From an uncultured Aminicenantes bacterium (GTDB taxonomy: Bacteria > Acidobacteriota > Aminicenantia > UBA2199): DNA of 64,000 nt. The DNA lies in contig CBDAFS010000012.1 of assembly GCA_965195285.1 (NCBI GenBank), forward strand, positions 76,056 through 140,055. Direction: 5' to 3'. Both the position numbers and the translations under genes were made by a program. This document shows, in pieces, positions 49,438-57,990 of this stretch (positions are counted from its first letter, which is position 1; each line of letters starts with the position of its first letter). Under the pieces are notes generated by a model. It saw only the letters and a list, made by a program, of their open reading frames with translations, made no database searches and was not told the DNA's origin.

Positions 49438-50079
49438 ATGACTGCGGATCCGGGAATGTATTTCACTGTGAACAAAAATACCGGACCCCGGGAGATCAGG
49501 GAAAAGGGATCCCGATTTATCGCTTTTTTATATCCGGTCAAGGGTGATTTCCAGGCTTCCAAAATTAGGAGGGACCTTTGGAAAAAACATCATGATTCCA
49601 CCCATATCTGCTGGTCCTACCGGATATTTGACCCGGATGCGGAGAGATTCCGTTATGGTGATGACGGTGAACCCAGCGGGACTGCCGGGATGCCGATATA
49701 TTATGAAATCAAGGGCCGGGAATATTTTAATGTCCTGTTGGTGGTGATCCGCTATTTTGGGGGAGTAAAGCTGGGAACCGGCGGTCTGGCCAAGGCTTAT
49801 GCCCGGGCAGCCCGGGAGGTTCTGGCTGTTTCTCAGCCCATGGTCCAGTATGTCAGACAGAAGGTCTCGGTTTTATTTCCCTTTGGATTCACCGGTGAGA
49901 TGCGACAGTTGATCCAGCAATTTTCCCTGGAAATTGTCGAGCAGGAATACACTTCAGATGGGGTCCGGATGCTTCTGGAAATCCCCCTGGTTCGACTGGA
50001 GGAAGTGAAGAGAGAATTGATTGAAAGGAGCCGGGGTTTGGTGAGATTGAAAATTGAACCGACTGGAACCGTCGAATGA
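49438..50079 (+). CDS. yigZ: YigZ/IMPACT family protein
   Basis: EKGSRFI, DDGEPSGTAG and RYFGGVKLGTGGL motifs. Confidence 0.92.
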   Translation: MTADPGMYFTVNKNTGPREIREKGSRFIAFLYPVKGDFQASKIRRDLWKKHHDSTHICWSYRIFDPDAERFRYGDDGEPSGTAGMPIYYEIKGREYFNVLLVVIRYFGGVKLGTGGLAKAYARAAREVLAVSQPMVQYVRQKVSVLFPFGFTGEMRQLIQQFSLEIVEQEYTSDGVRMLLEIPLVRLEEVKRELIERSRGLVRLKIEPTGTVE

Positions 50080-51441
50080 TCATTTTTTTATACTTTTCTC
50101 AACCAGGATATCCCATTGTTTCAGTTTTCGTTTCAGGGTGGATAGGCTTAAACCCAGAGCTTCGGCAGTCCGCGTCTTGTTGTATTGAGAACGCTTGAGC
50201 ACATCCAGAACATAGTCACGGATGTAAAGGTCCAGGGGGATGATCTTTTTTTCCAGGATCAGGGTTTCCGGGGATTCCCCAATGGCCGGTTCGATTTCAT
50301 CGCCTAAACTATGGTAAATCAGTTTTTTCTCCAGGCGATTTCTCAATTCCCGGACATTTCCTTTCCAGTGGAAGTTTTTCAGGTTTTCGAAAGACAAAGG
50401 AGGGGTCAACTTCTTCTTGCCCATTTTCAATATAAGTTTATTCCATAGATGTTTGGCAATAAGGGGAATGTCCTCCTTTCTTTCTCTCAAAGGGGGAATG
50501 ACAATATTAAATACGGCTATCCTGAAGTATAGATCCTCCCGGAAACGTTTGGCATCGACTTCGGTTTTCAAGTGTTTATTGGTTGAAGCCAGGATGCGAA
50601 CATCGACGTTGACTTCTTTGATTCCTCCCAGTTTGATATAAGAACCCTCTTCCAGGACCCGTAACAATTTGGCCTGGAATTCAATGGGCATTTCCCCGAT
50701 TTCATCCAGGTGTAAGATACCGAAATTGGCCATTTCAAAGAATCCGGGTTTTTCTTTATAGGCCCCGGTAAAAGCTCCTTTTTCATATCCGAAAAATTCC
50801 GATTCAAACAGGTTTTCAGGAATGGAAGCGCAGTTGACGCTGATAAATTGTTTGTCACTTCGGCTGCTCTCCAAAAAAATATTCCTGGCTATGAGTTCTT
50901 TGCCGGTTCCGGTCTCACCTTCAATCAAAACCGGACTGTCAGACTGGCTAATCAGACTGATCATTTTTCTGATTTTAACCATTTCCGGACTTTGTCCGAT
51001 TATTTTATAGGCTGTCTTTTGATATGATCCCAGTACCTGCTGGGAATATTCCAGTTGAAACAGACGGTTGGCGTTCTGGATTCTTTTCAATAGTTTTTCC
51101 AGGTCTATGGGCTTTTCAAGAAAATCAAATGCCCCTTTGCGGATATATTCGTTTATCCGTTGATCTGATCCGTAAGCGGTCATCAGGATCATCTTGGTCT
51201 TTATATTTTTCTTCATTATGTGCTCGGAAATGGAGGTACCCTCTCCATCCGGCAATTTCTTGTCTACCAGGGCCACATGAATGGTGTGGTGCTCCAGATA
51301 CCGGATGGCCTCATCGCATCGCTCGGCTGCATATACCCGATAGCCTTTGGATTCCAGAAAATCCTTCAATGAAGAAGCCAGCAGTTTATCATCTTCGGCC
51401 AGCAGCAAGGGGATCAGTTCTTTATTTGAGATTGAATTCAT
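50080..51441 (-). CDS. NtrC-like sigma-54-dependent response regulator
   Basis: Receiver domain, GETGTGKE, GAFTGA, WKGNVREL, C-terminal HTH. Confidence 0.92.
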   Translation of the reverse strand: MNSISNKELIPLLLAEDDKLLASSLKDFLESKGYRVYAAERCDEAIRYLEHHTIHVALVDKKLPDGEGTSISEHIMKKNIKTKMILMTAYGSDQRINEYIRKGAFDFLEKPIDLEKLLKRIQNANRLFQLEYSQQVLGSYQKTAYKIIGQSPEMVKIRKMISLISQSDSPVLIEGETGTGKELIARNIFLESSRSDKQFISVNCASIPENLFESEFFGYEKGAFTGAYKEKPGFFEMANFGILHLDEIGEMPIEFQAKLLRVLEEGSYIKLGGIKEVNVDVRILASTNKHLKTEVDAKRFREDLYFRIAVFNIVIPPLRERKEDIPLIAKHLWNKLILKMGKKKLTPPLSFENLKNFHWKGNVRELRNRLEKKLIYHSLGDEIEPAIGESPETLILEKKIIPLDLYIRDYVLDVLKRSQYNKTRTAEALGLSLSTLKRKLKQWDILVEKSIKK

Positions 51442-52508
51442 TTTATTGTTTTATTGGGAATATATATTCCGAACTTGGCTCCCTTTCCGCTCTCCGGTTG
51501 CTCGGCCCTGATGGTGCCTCCCATGCGGGTCATCAGTTTCAGAGAAATGGAAAGTCCGATACCGCCCCCCCGATCCTTGGTGGTGTAGAAGGGGGAAAAT
51601 ATTTTTTCCATCACTTCTTCCGGGATCGGGGGCCCATTATTCCGGTATACCAGCTTGATATAGTATTCATCTATGCTTTCTATATAGAGCTTGATTTCTC
51701 CACCACTTTCAAGAATTTGAATTGAGTTTTTCAACAGATTCAGGATGATTTGAAAGAAAGCCACTTCATCAATGGAGGCGAAAATGTCATCCTTAACCAG
51801 GTTTCTGAATCGGATACTTTTCTGTTTTAGAATTTCCTGGTTTTGATGATACAGATCATCGATGATGGATTTTAAATCGATGGTCTTCAATTCCAGTTTG
51901 CTCTCATTGGAGATATCCCGGATGCGTTTCAAAAAAACGGACAGTCGGTTGATTTCATTGATGGTTCTTTCGATATACGTATTGATTTTTTCCTGGGGCC
52001 AGCTGGCCATGTTGAGCTGCAATACCTGTAGGCTCATGCTGATCCCGGCCAGAGGATTGCCGATTTCATGGGAAATTTCTGCCACCAGTTCTGAAAATTT
52101 ATTGTAAAACAGGTTTTCCTGTTTGGACTGGATGTAAATGGATTTGGAGGCAATTTCACTCAACAATACCGCGATGAGCTCTCCGGAAATCCGGTAGATG
52201 GAAAACCCGAGTAAAAAAGTCTGGCCGTTGCTCTTGATTTGCAGATCCTGACTGAGATTAAGTTTCGGTTTCCGGTCAATATTGAACTCGGCATAATTGC
52301 ATATATGTTCCAGAACCAATGATTCTTTGTTTTCAACCAGGGAGTGAAAAAATTGATTGGCAAAGAGCAGGTTTCTTTTTTTAAAATTAATGAAAAGAAA
52401 GCCGATATTGATTTTATCGAATATGGTTTTTAACTTGGAATAATTCCGGTTGATAAATGTTTCCAAATCGGTTGGGGAGGACTCCGGTTTTGGTATCAAA
52501 ATTGCCAT
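51438..52508 (-). CDS. Cytoplasmic sensor histidine kinase (PAS-like N-terminus)
   Basis: H-box SHEIGNPL, N-box NLLKNS, FSPFYTTK and GIGLSI. Start uncertain (ATG 52508 or TTG 52466); the extension to 52664 overlaps the divergent gene. Confidence 0.85.
   Translation of the reverse strand: MAILIPKPESSPTDLETFINRNYSKLKTIFDKINIGFLFINFKKRNLLFANQFFHSLVENKESLVLEHICNYAEFNIDRKPKLNLSQDLQIKSNGQTFLLGFSIYRISGELIAVLLSEIASKSIYIQSKQENLFYNKFSELVAEISHEIGNPLAGISMSLQVLQLNMASWPQEKINTYIERTINEINRLSVFLKRIRDISNESKLELKTIDLKSIIDDLYHQNQEILKQKSIRFRNLVKDDIFASIDEVAFFQIILNLLKNSIQILESGGEIKLYIESIDEYYIKLVYRNNGPPIPEEVMEKIFSPFYTTKDRGGGIGLSISLKLMTRMGGTIRAEQPESGKGAKFGIYIPNKTIK
52490..52506 (+). promoter_or_regulatory. Sigma-54 (-24/-12) promoter
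   Basis: TTGGTATCAAAATTGCC has GG-N10-GC spacing and ends about 22 nt upstream of ATG 52528. Confidence 0.6.
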
Positions 52509-52527
52509 GATAAACCCAAAGGTAAAA

Positions 52528-53631
52528 ATGGCAAAAAAAATACTGCTTGTAGATGATGAGATATTTTTTCTGGAAGGGCTGAAAGAGGGACTTTCCGAGT
52601 ACCGGGATGTTTTCAGTACCGATATCTGCTTTTCGGTTGATGAAGCCATTAAACTGAGCAACAAAAATGATTATGACCTGATCATATCCGATATTAGAAT
52701 GCCCAAAAAGAACGGATTGGATCTGTTTGTTCATTTGAAAAAGCAAAAATATAATGGTGGCTTTATTGTTATGACCGCTTACGGTACCGAAGAAATTTTA
52801 AATGAAATAAAAAAATTGGGCGGACTGGATATCATTTTAAAACCGTTCAATTTTGACTGGTTTAAGAAAAAAATCATGGATTTTTTTATTGAGGAAGAAG
52901 GTATGTCGGGTACTGTAGATTCCATTGATCTCACCTCTTTTTTACAGATGATCAATCTGGAAAAGAAATCACTGGCGGTTAAAATCGTAATCAATAAAAA
53001 GACCGGGCATATCAATTTTTACCGGGGCGAAATCATTCATGCCGAATGGGATGGCTTCTCCGGGGTGAAAGCTATTCATGAAATGCTTAAAACCAAAAAA
53101 GGACGTTTTTCAGTTGAAAAATTCAAGAAAAATGTAGATAAAACCATCAACATTCCCTTCATGGCGCTGTTGATGGATTCCATGAAGGAAGCCGATGAAG
53201 AGGATCAGGTTGTCAATTTGGAACTTGATGAAATACAAAAAAATAAAAAGGAGGGTAACATGAATGTAAAAAAACTCAATCAAGCCATCGAAATCCAGAA
53301 AGAGAATATTGGAGACGGCCTGATGGCCACTGATATTTACGGTGCTGACGATGGACAGACGTTGGTAGGATGGAATTCCAACCCCCAGGCCAGCGCTCTG
53401 TTCAACCGGATCACCAAGTACATGATTGAGGCCCTGGATGGTGCCGGGTTTCCCCGGTTGAATCGGTATTATATCCTGGATCTGGCCGATGATAAAATGG
53501 TTATCGTGATCATCCTGGGAGATTATGAATGGGGGATGCTGATTGACCGGACCAAAATCCAGTTGGGTCTGCTCCTGAATGTAGCTTTACCCAAGATGAT
53601 GGCTGCATTTGAGGATGCCATGACGTCCTGA
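52528..53631 (+). CDS. Response regulator: receiver + DUF4388 + C-terminal roadblock-like domain
   Basis: ILLVDDE...SDIRMP...MTAYG...KPF; DUF4388-like LTSFLQMINLEKKS...G.I.F..GEIIHA; separate-looking 123-aa C-terminal module. Confidence 0.82.
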   Translation: MAKKILLVDDEIFFLEGLKEGLSEYRDVFSTDICFSVDEAIKLSNKNDYDLIISDIRMPKKNGLDLFVHLKKQKYNGGFIVMTAYGTEEILNEIKKLGGLDIILKPFNFDWFKKKIMDFFIEEEGMSGTVDSIDLTSFLQMINLEKKSLAVKIVINKKTGHINFYRGEIIHAEWDGFSGVKAIHEMLKTKKGRFSVEKFKKNVDKTINIPFMALLMDSMKEADEEDQVVNLELDEIQKNKKEGNMNVKKLNQAIEIQKENIGDGLMATDIYGADDGQTLVGWNSNPQASALFNRITKYMIEALDGAGFPRLNRYYILDLADDKMVIVIILGDYEWGMLIDRTKIQLGLLLNVALPKMMAAFEDAMTS

Positions 53632-53680
53632 TCGGGTTGGGTCCCGGTGGTTGGTGGTACTTCCGGGAATGCTTTTCAAG

Positions 53681-54418
53681 TCAATGGAAGTCAGGAAGGT
53701 ATTGTTTGGATTTGAATGAACATTCTCCGTGGTGTTCCAGTTTTTGCAGGAATATCTGGTTCAGGTTCCGGATGTGGTTGGCTACGATCCCGGGAGATTT
53801 TTGGTCGGGTGGATGGTGTTGGGTCCACTTGATGGCCTGGAGTTCATTTTCACTGAAGTGATTTTTTTCATCAGTTTTACACTTCCGGCACAGTATCCCC
53901 TTGAAATCGGCTTTGTGCCAGGCCTCTTTTAAATCAGTGGAAAAACAGCTGTAGCAAATATCGGGATTGAACATCATTCCCTCGATTCTCAGTATCCAGA
54001 TCTGAAAATAGAGAAAAAGCCAGTCGATATCGGTATTTTTGTCCCGGGCTGCCAGGACGGATCGCATCAACCGAAAAATTCGTTTATCTTTCTGATTGTA
54101 GGGGATGACCTTTAAAATCATTTCAGCCATCAAATAGAAATGAAATATATTCTCGGGTTTCGAAATCAGGTTGAAGAAACTGGTCAGGATATCACCCTTG
54201 GAAATGGTTACCATTTCTTTTTCCTCATTCCAGTAATATATGAAATTTCCCTCGGTGAACAATTCCAGTAATGATCCGAAACGGTTATTGGATTTCAGGG
54301 CGCCGGGGGCAACCGCTTTAAGTATTCCCCGGTCAATGGTCAGTAACTGGGTTAATTTGTCATGTTCATTGATGGGAAAACTGCCCAGAACCAGGGCCTG
54401 GGTTGAAGCCAAAGGCAT
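53681..54418 (-). CDS. recO: DNA repair protein RecO
   Basis: N-terminal OB fold (E.DKL..LLT...G...AVAPGA.KS..RFGS.LELF), Zn motif CYSC...CRKC. Confidence 0.88.
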   Translation of the reverse strand: MPLASTQALVLGSFPINEHDKLTQLLTIDRGILKAVAPGALKSNNRFGSLLELFTEGNFIYYWNEEKEMVTISKGDILTSFFNLISKPENIFHFYLMAEMILKVIPYNQKDKRIFRLMRSVLAARDKNTDIDWLFLYFQIWILRIEGMMFNPDICYSCFSTDLKEAWHKADFKGILCRKCKTDEKNHFSENELQAIKWTQHHPPDQKSPGIVANHIRNLNQIFLQKLEHHGECSFKSKQYLPDFH

Positions 54419-54426
54419 GGTGAGGG

Positions 54427-55788
54427 TTATATCAGAACCAGGGTGGCCAGACCCAGAAAACAAAAGAGTCCGAAGACATCAGTCAGCATGGTCACAATCA
54501 TTCCGGAAGCCAGGGCCGGATCCAGTTTAAACCGCCTCAGTATCAGGGGGATCAGGGTGCCCGACAGGGCTGCGTTGAAAAAATTAAAGGCAATGGCACC
54601 CCCGAACACGACGCCCACCAGCCAGTTTTTGAAAATGAGTGCTGAGAAGAGAGAAGATATGGCTCCGATAACAATCCCCGTGCCCAAACCCACTACCATT
54701 TCTTTGAACAGGATTTTACGGGAATGTTCCCAATCCATGCGTTCCATAACGATTTCACGAACCATGATAGCCACGGTTTGATTGCCCAGAACCCCACCGA
54801 TTGCCGGCACAATATGCATGAGAATGGCCAGGGTGACGAATTGTTCGATGGTTCCCTTGAAGAGGGCCACCACTATCCCTGAAAGCGAGGTGGTAATCAG
54901 GCTCATCAGCAACCAGGGGATTCTCTTTTTTAAACGCTGAAATATACCCAGGTCAATGTTGTAATCCTGGGCCATTCCGGCCAGTTTATAGATGTCCTCG
55001 GTGGCTTCATCTTGAATAATATCGATGATGTCATCCACCGTGACCACGCCCACCAGCTTGTCCTGTTCGTCCACAACCGGAATGGCAATGAGGTTGTAAT
55101 TGGCTACCACGGATGCCACCTCTTCCTGATCAGTATAGACATCCACTTTATAGACTTCCGGGTTCATGATTTCCTTGAGTTGCAGCCTGGGGTTGACCAG
55201 AATGACCTGTTTCAGGGAGACGACACCCTTCAATATCTGTTCCTCATCGGTAACGTAAAGGTAGAAAGGAACTTCAACATCTTCTCCAGCCAGTTGAATG
55301 GCTGAAATGGCATCCCCGGCTGTGGTAGAAGAGTCCAAAGCCAGGAAATCCGAAGACATGATTCTGCCGGCGGATTCCTCGGGATAGGCCAATTGTTCCT
55401 GGATGTCGGCAGATTCTTCCTTTTTCATTTTCTTGAGGATTTCCAGCTGGAGATCCTCATCAAAAAAGGAAATGAGGGAGGCTGCATCATCCGAAGACAG
55501 TTCTTCCAGTATCGAGGTGGTCTGGTCCGTATCCAGGTTGGACAGAATCTCAACCGCAATTTCAGGTTTGATCTCACTGATGATTTCGGCCATCTGGCCC
55601 ATTTCCATTTTCCGGTCAAAGAACAATTTGAGAATAATTTGTCTTTCTTGGGGACTCAAATGTTCAACCAGGGTGGCCACATCGGCATAGTGGGTTTTTT
55701 TCAGGGCATTCCAGAGGTGTCCCAGGGTTCTGAGTTTAATGAATTGCTTGGTATACCTCAGAAGTCTTTCCAGTGCGGGCTGTTTCAT
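54427..55788 (-). CDS. mgtE: Magnesium transporter MgtE
   Basis: MgtE N domain, CBS pair, EATEDI, R.PWL, GGVLGNQ and DPALASG...TDV motifs. Start ATG 55788 (alternative 55803). Confidence 0.93.
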   Translation of the reverse strand: MKQPALERLLRYTKQFIKLRTLGHLWNALKKTHYADVATLVEHLSPQERQIILKLFFDRKMEMGQMAEIISEIKPEIAVEILSNLDTDQTTSILEELSSDDAASLISFFDEDLQLEILKKMKKEESADIQEQLAYPEESAGRIMSSDFLALDSSTTAGDAISAIQLAGEDVEVPFYLYVTDEEQILKGVVSLKQVILVNPRLQLKEIMNPEVYKVDVYTDQEEVASVVANYNLIAIPVVDEQDKLVGVVTVDDIIDIIQDEATEDIYKLAGMAQDYNIDLGIFQRLKKRIPWLLMSLITTSLSGIVVALFKGTIEQFVTLAILMHIVPAIGGVLGNQTVAIMVREIVMERMDWEHSRKILFKEMVVGLGTGIVIGAISSLFSALIFKNWLVGVVFGGAIAFNFFNAALSGTLIPLILRRFKLDPALASGMIVTMLTDVFGLFCFLGLATLVLI

Positions 55789-55899
55789 ATTTAATCTTAC
55801 CATAGATTTGATAAAACTTCAAATATTTATTTCCGGTTATACCTGGTTTTCAGCAATTCGAATTGATTTTGTAAGGTCTTGGTGGTATGGTAACTCCGA

Positions 55900-57669
55900 A
55901 TGCCCATGAACTGGATTAAATTGGTGATCAAAGGCCAGGAAGTGAATGTGGGGTTTGATGAAAACAGTATCCACATTTACGATGCTTTTCCCATCAAGGA
56001 TGATCTGAAAATGAGGGGGTATCGCTGGAATCCGGGCGACAAGAGCTGGTTTGTTGCACCGGATGACCTGGCCGGGGAACTGGAGGTGCTCAAAAACAAT
56101 CTGACCCCGATCCTTGCCCGGAGTATTCCTGACCGGACAACGGATTTATCCCCTTTTCCCCATTCAGTTTCGGTCATTGAACTCCGTAGCCGGATTGATC
56201 GCTTGATCAAAGAGGGAATACGGGGAAATATCTGGATCCGGGGGGTCATTGCCTCTGAAGTGAAAAACTATAAATGGGTTTCCTATTTTGATCTGAAAGA
56301 TGAACAGGAAAACAGTGACGTTTTCTTTCGGATGGAAATCAAGAGCGGTCAGCTTGAACGGGTAAACTCAAAACTGAAGGAGATGAGAGTTGCCGAGGGT
56401 CTGGAAAAGGATTTACCGGTTTTTTGTCAGGTGGAAGTCCATGTATCCCTGAGAAATGTGGTGGATATCCGGTTAACGGTCCGGGATATATTTCCGGAAT
56501 ATACCCAGGCAAAACTGCGCAGTCAGCGAGACGTCACACTGGAAAAATTGAAATCCGAGGGAATTCTGAACAATCAGAAAGCGCTGGAACTTCCCTTACT
56601 GGTCTCCCGAATCGGTCTGATCACTTCCGAGCAGGGGACCTCCATAAAAGATATCATGGCCGGATTGGAACCATTTCAGAACCGTTATTTATTCTTTTTT
56701 TTGGACACCCGGATGGAAGGTGTCCAAGCAGTTGACAGCATTCTTTATTCGATTGAGCTTTTGGACAAATGGAGAGATGGTTTTCTGGATGCCATTATCA
56801 TTGCCCGGGGGGGAGGGAGTGAGCAGTCCCTGGCTGTTTTTAACGATTACCGGATCTGCCAGCGGATCTGCCAGGCTTCCATTCCGGTTTTAACCGCCAT
56901 CGGGCATGAAAAGGATCTGTCTGCGGCCGAAGTCTGTTCCTTTTATACCCCTACACCCTCCACTCCTTCCGGTATAGGCAAGTATCTGCAGGACCGGTTT
57001 GCGGGCCTTCAATCACAGTTATCCGATAAAATCAGTCAATTAATTCAATTTTTCCAACTTATCAATAACCGGGAAACCGAAAAGCTGACTGCCGCTGTCC
57101 AGCAGATACCATCCCGGATTTATCAGTTAATCAAATTTCAAAATGAAAGATATTTTTCTCTGGTCCGCCAATTTGAACAATCAGCATCCTTCAAGGTCAG
57201 GGATCAGGAGAGAGAGATTAATAACCTATTGACCTTAGTTTTGAATAAAAAAAAAATCATTCATGATGATTCCCGGAAGAACATCAGGCAAATTACAGAC
57301 TTTATAATAATGAGAATGATGAGCAGAAACCAGCAGGAAACAAAACAGGCCAGAAAAATCATGGATAAACTGGATTTTGAAAAACGGTTGAATGAAAATC
57401 GGAATAGTATTGATGAGGTTTTAAACAGAACGAGAAATATTTTTGCAACAGGCAAAAAATTGATGGATCTAAGTGGAGATCATCTGAATGCCCGTCAGGA
57501 ACTGGTTCTGGCAAGTGATCCCGGCAGAATATTAAATAAAGGATTCACCCTGACTTTAGATGATAAAAACCGGATAATTTCATCTTTGAAAAAGTTTGAA
57601 AAGGTCAGGAGCGCCCGGTTAAAATTTAAGGATGGAATTTCTAAGATAATAAGGAAGGAGGAAAAATGA
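55900..57669 (+). CDS. xseA: Exodeoxyribonuclease VII large subunit with an N-terminal extension
   Basis: IGLITS, ARGGGS, TAIGHEKD and C-terminal P.RIL.KGF motifs; followed by xseB. Confidence 0.85.
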   Translation: MPMNWIKLVIKGQEVNVGFDENSIHIYDAFPIKDDLKMRGYRWNPGDKSWFVAPDDLAGELEVLKNNLTPILARSIPDRTTDLSPFPHSVSVIELRSRIDRLIKEGIRGNIWIRGVIASEVKNYKWVSYFDLKDEQENSDVFFRMEIKSGQLERVNSKLKEMRVAEGLEKDLPVFCQVEVHVSLRNVVDIRLTVRDIFPEYTQAKLRSQRDVTLEKLKSEGILNNQKALELPLLVSRIGLITSEQGTSIKDIMAGLEPFQNRYLFFFLDTRMEGVQAVDSILYSIELLDKWRDGFLDAIIIARGGGSEQSLAVFNDYRICQRICQASIPVLTAIGHEKDLSAAEVCSFYTPTPSTPSGIGKYLQDRFAGLQSQLSDKISQLIQFFQLINNRETEKLTAAVQQIPSRIYQLIKFQNERYFSLVRQFEQSASFKVRDQEREINNLLTLVLNKKKIIHDDSRKNIRQITDFIIMRMMSRNQQETKQARKIMDKLDFEKRLNENRNSIDEVLNRTRNIFATGKKLMDLSGDHLNARQELVLASDPGRILNKGFTLTLDDKNRIISSLKKFEKVRSARLKFKDGISKIIRKEEK

Positions 57670-57911
57670 CTGATAAATCCAGGACATATGAAGAGAGTTT
57701 TGGCGTTTTGGAACGGATTACGGAATCTTTGAACAAGGATGAAATCGGCATTGATGATCTGGTGGTCAAAACCCGAGAAGCCCTGGAAGCTGCCCGGACC
57801 TGCATGGATATATTGAAAAGACAGCGGGGGGAATTCAAGAAATTAGAGAAGGAATTTTCCCAGCTGTTAGATAAAACAGAACCGGAATCACCGAAAAGTG
57901 AGGATAGCTGA
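57666..57911 (+). CDS. xseB: Exodeoxyribonuclease VII small subunit
   Basis: YEES...LE.I...L....I.IDDL pattern; ATGA overlap with xseA. Confidence 0.85.
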   Translation: MTDKSRTYEESFGVLERITESLNKDEIGIDDLVVKTREALEAARTCMDILKRQRGEFKKLEKEFSQLLDKTEPESPKSEDS

Positions 57912-57990
57912 TCCAACTCAGGGGTATTGCGATTTTTTTTGAAAATTGATATTTTATACTTTGAGTATAACTTAAGGAAATAAAAATCAG

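Noticed and set aside
51024-51725. 233-aa plus-strand ORF
   Set aside because: Antisense to the HK and NtrC genes, with no motifs; a shadow ORF.
52509-52664. N-terminal extension of the histidine kinase and upstream TTG start (52450) of the response regulator
   Set aside because: They would force a long head-to-head overlap; the domain boundaries fit starts at or below 52508 and at 52528.
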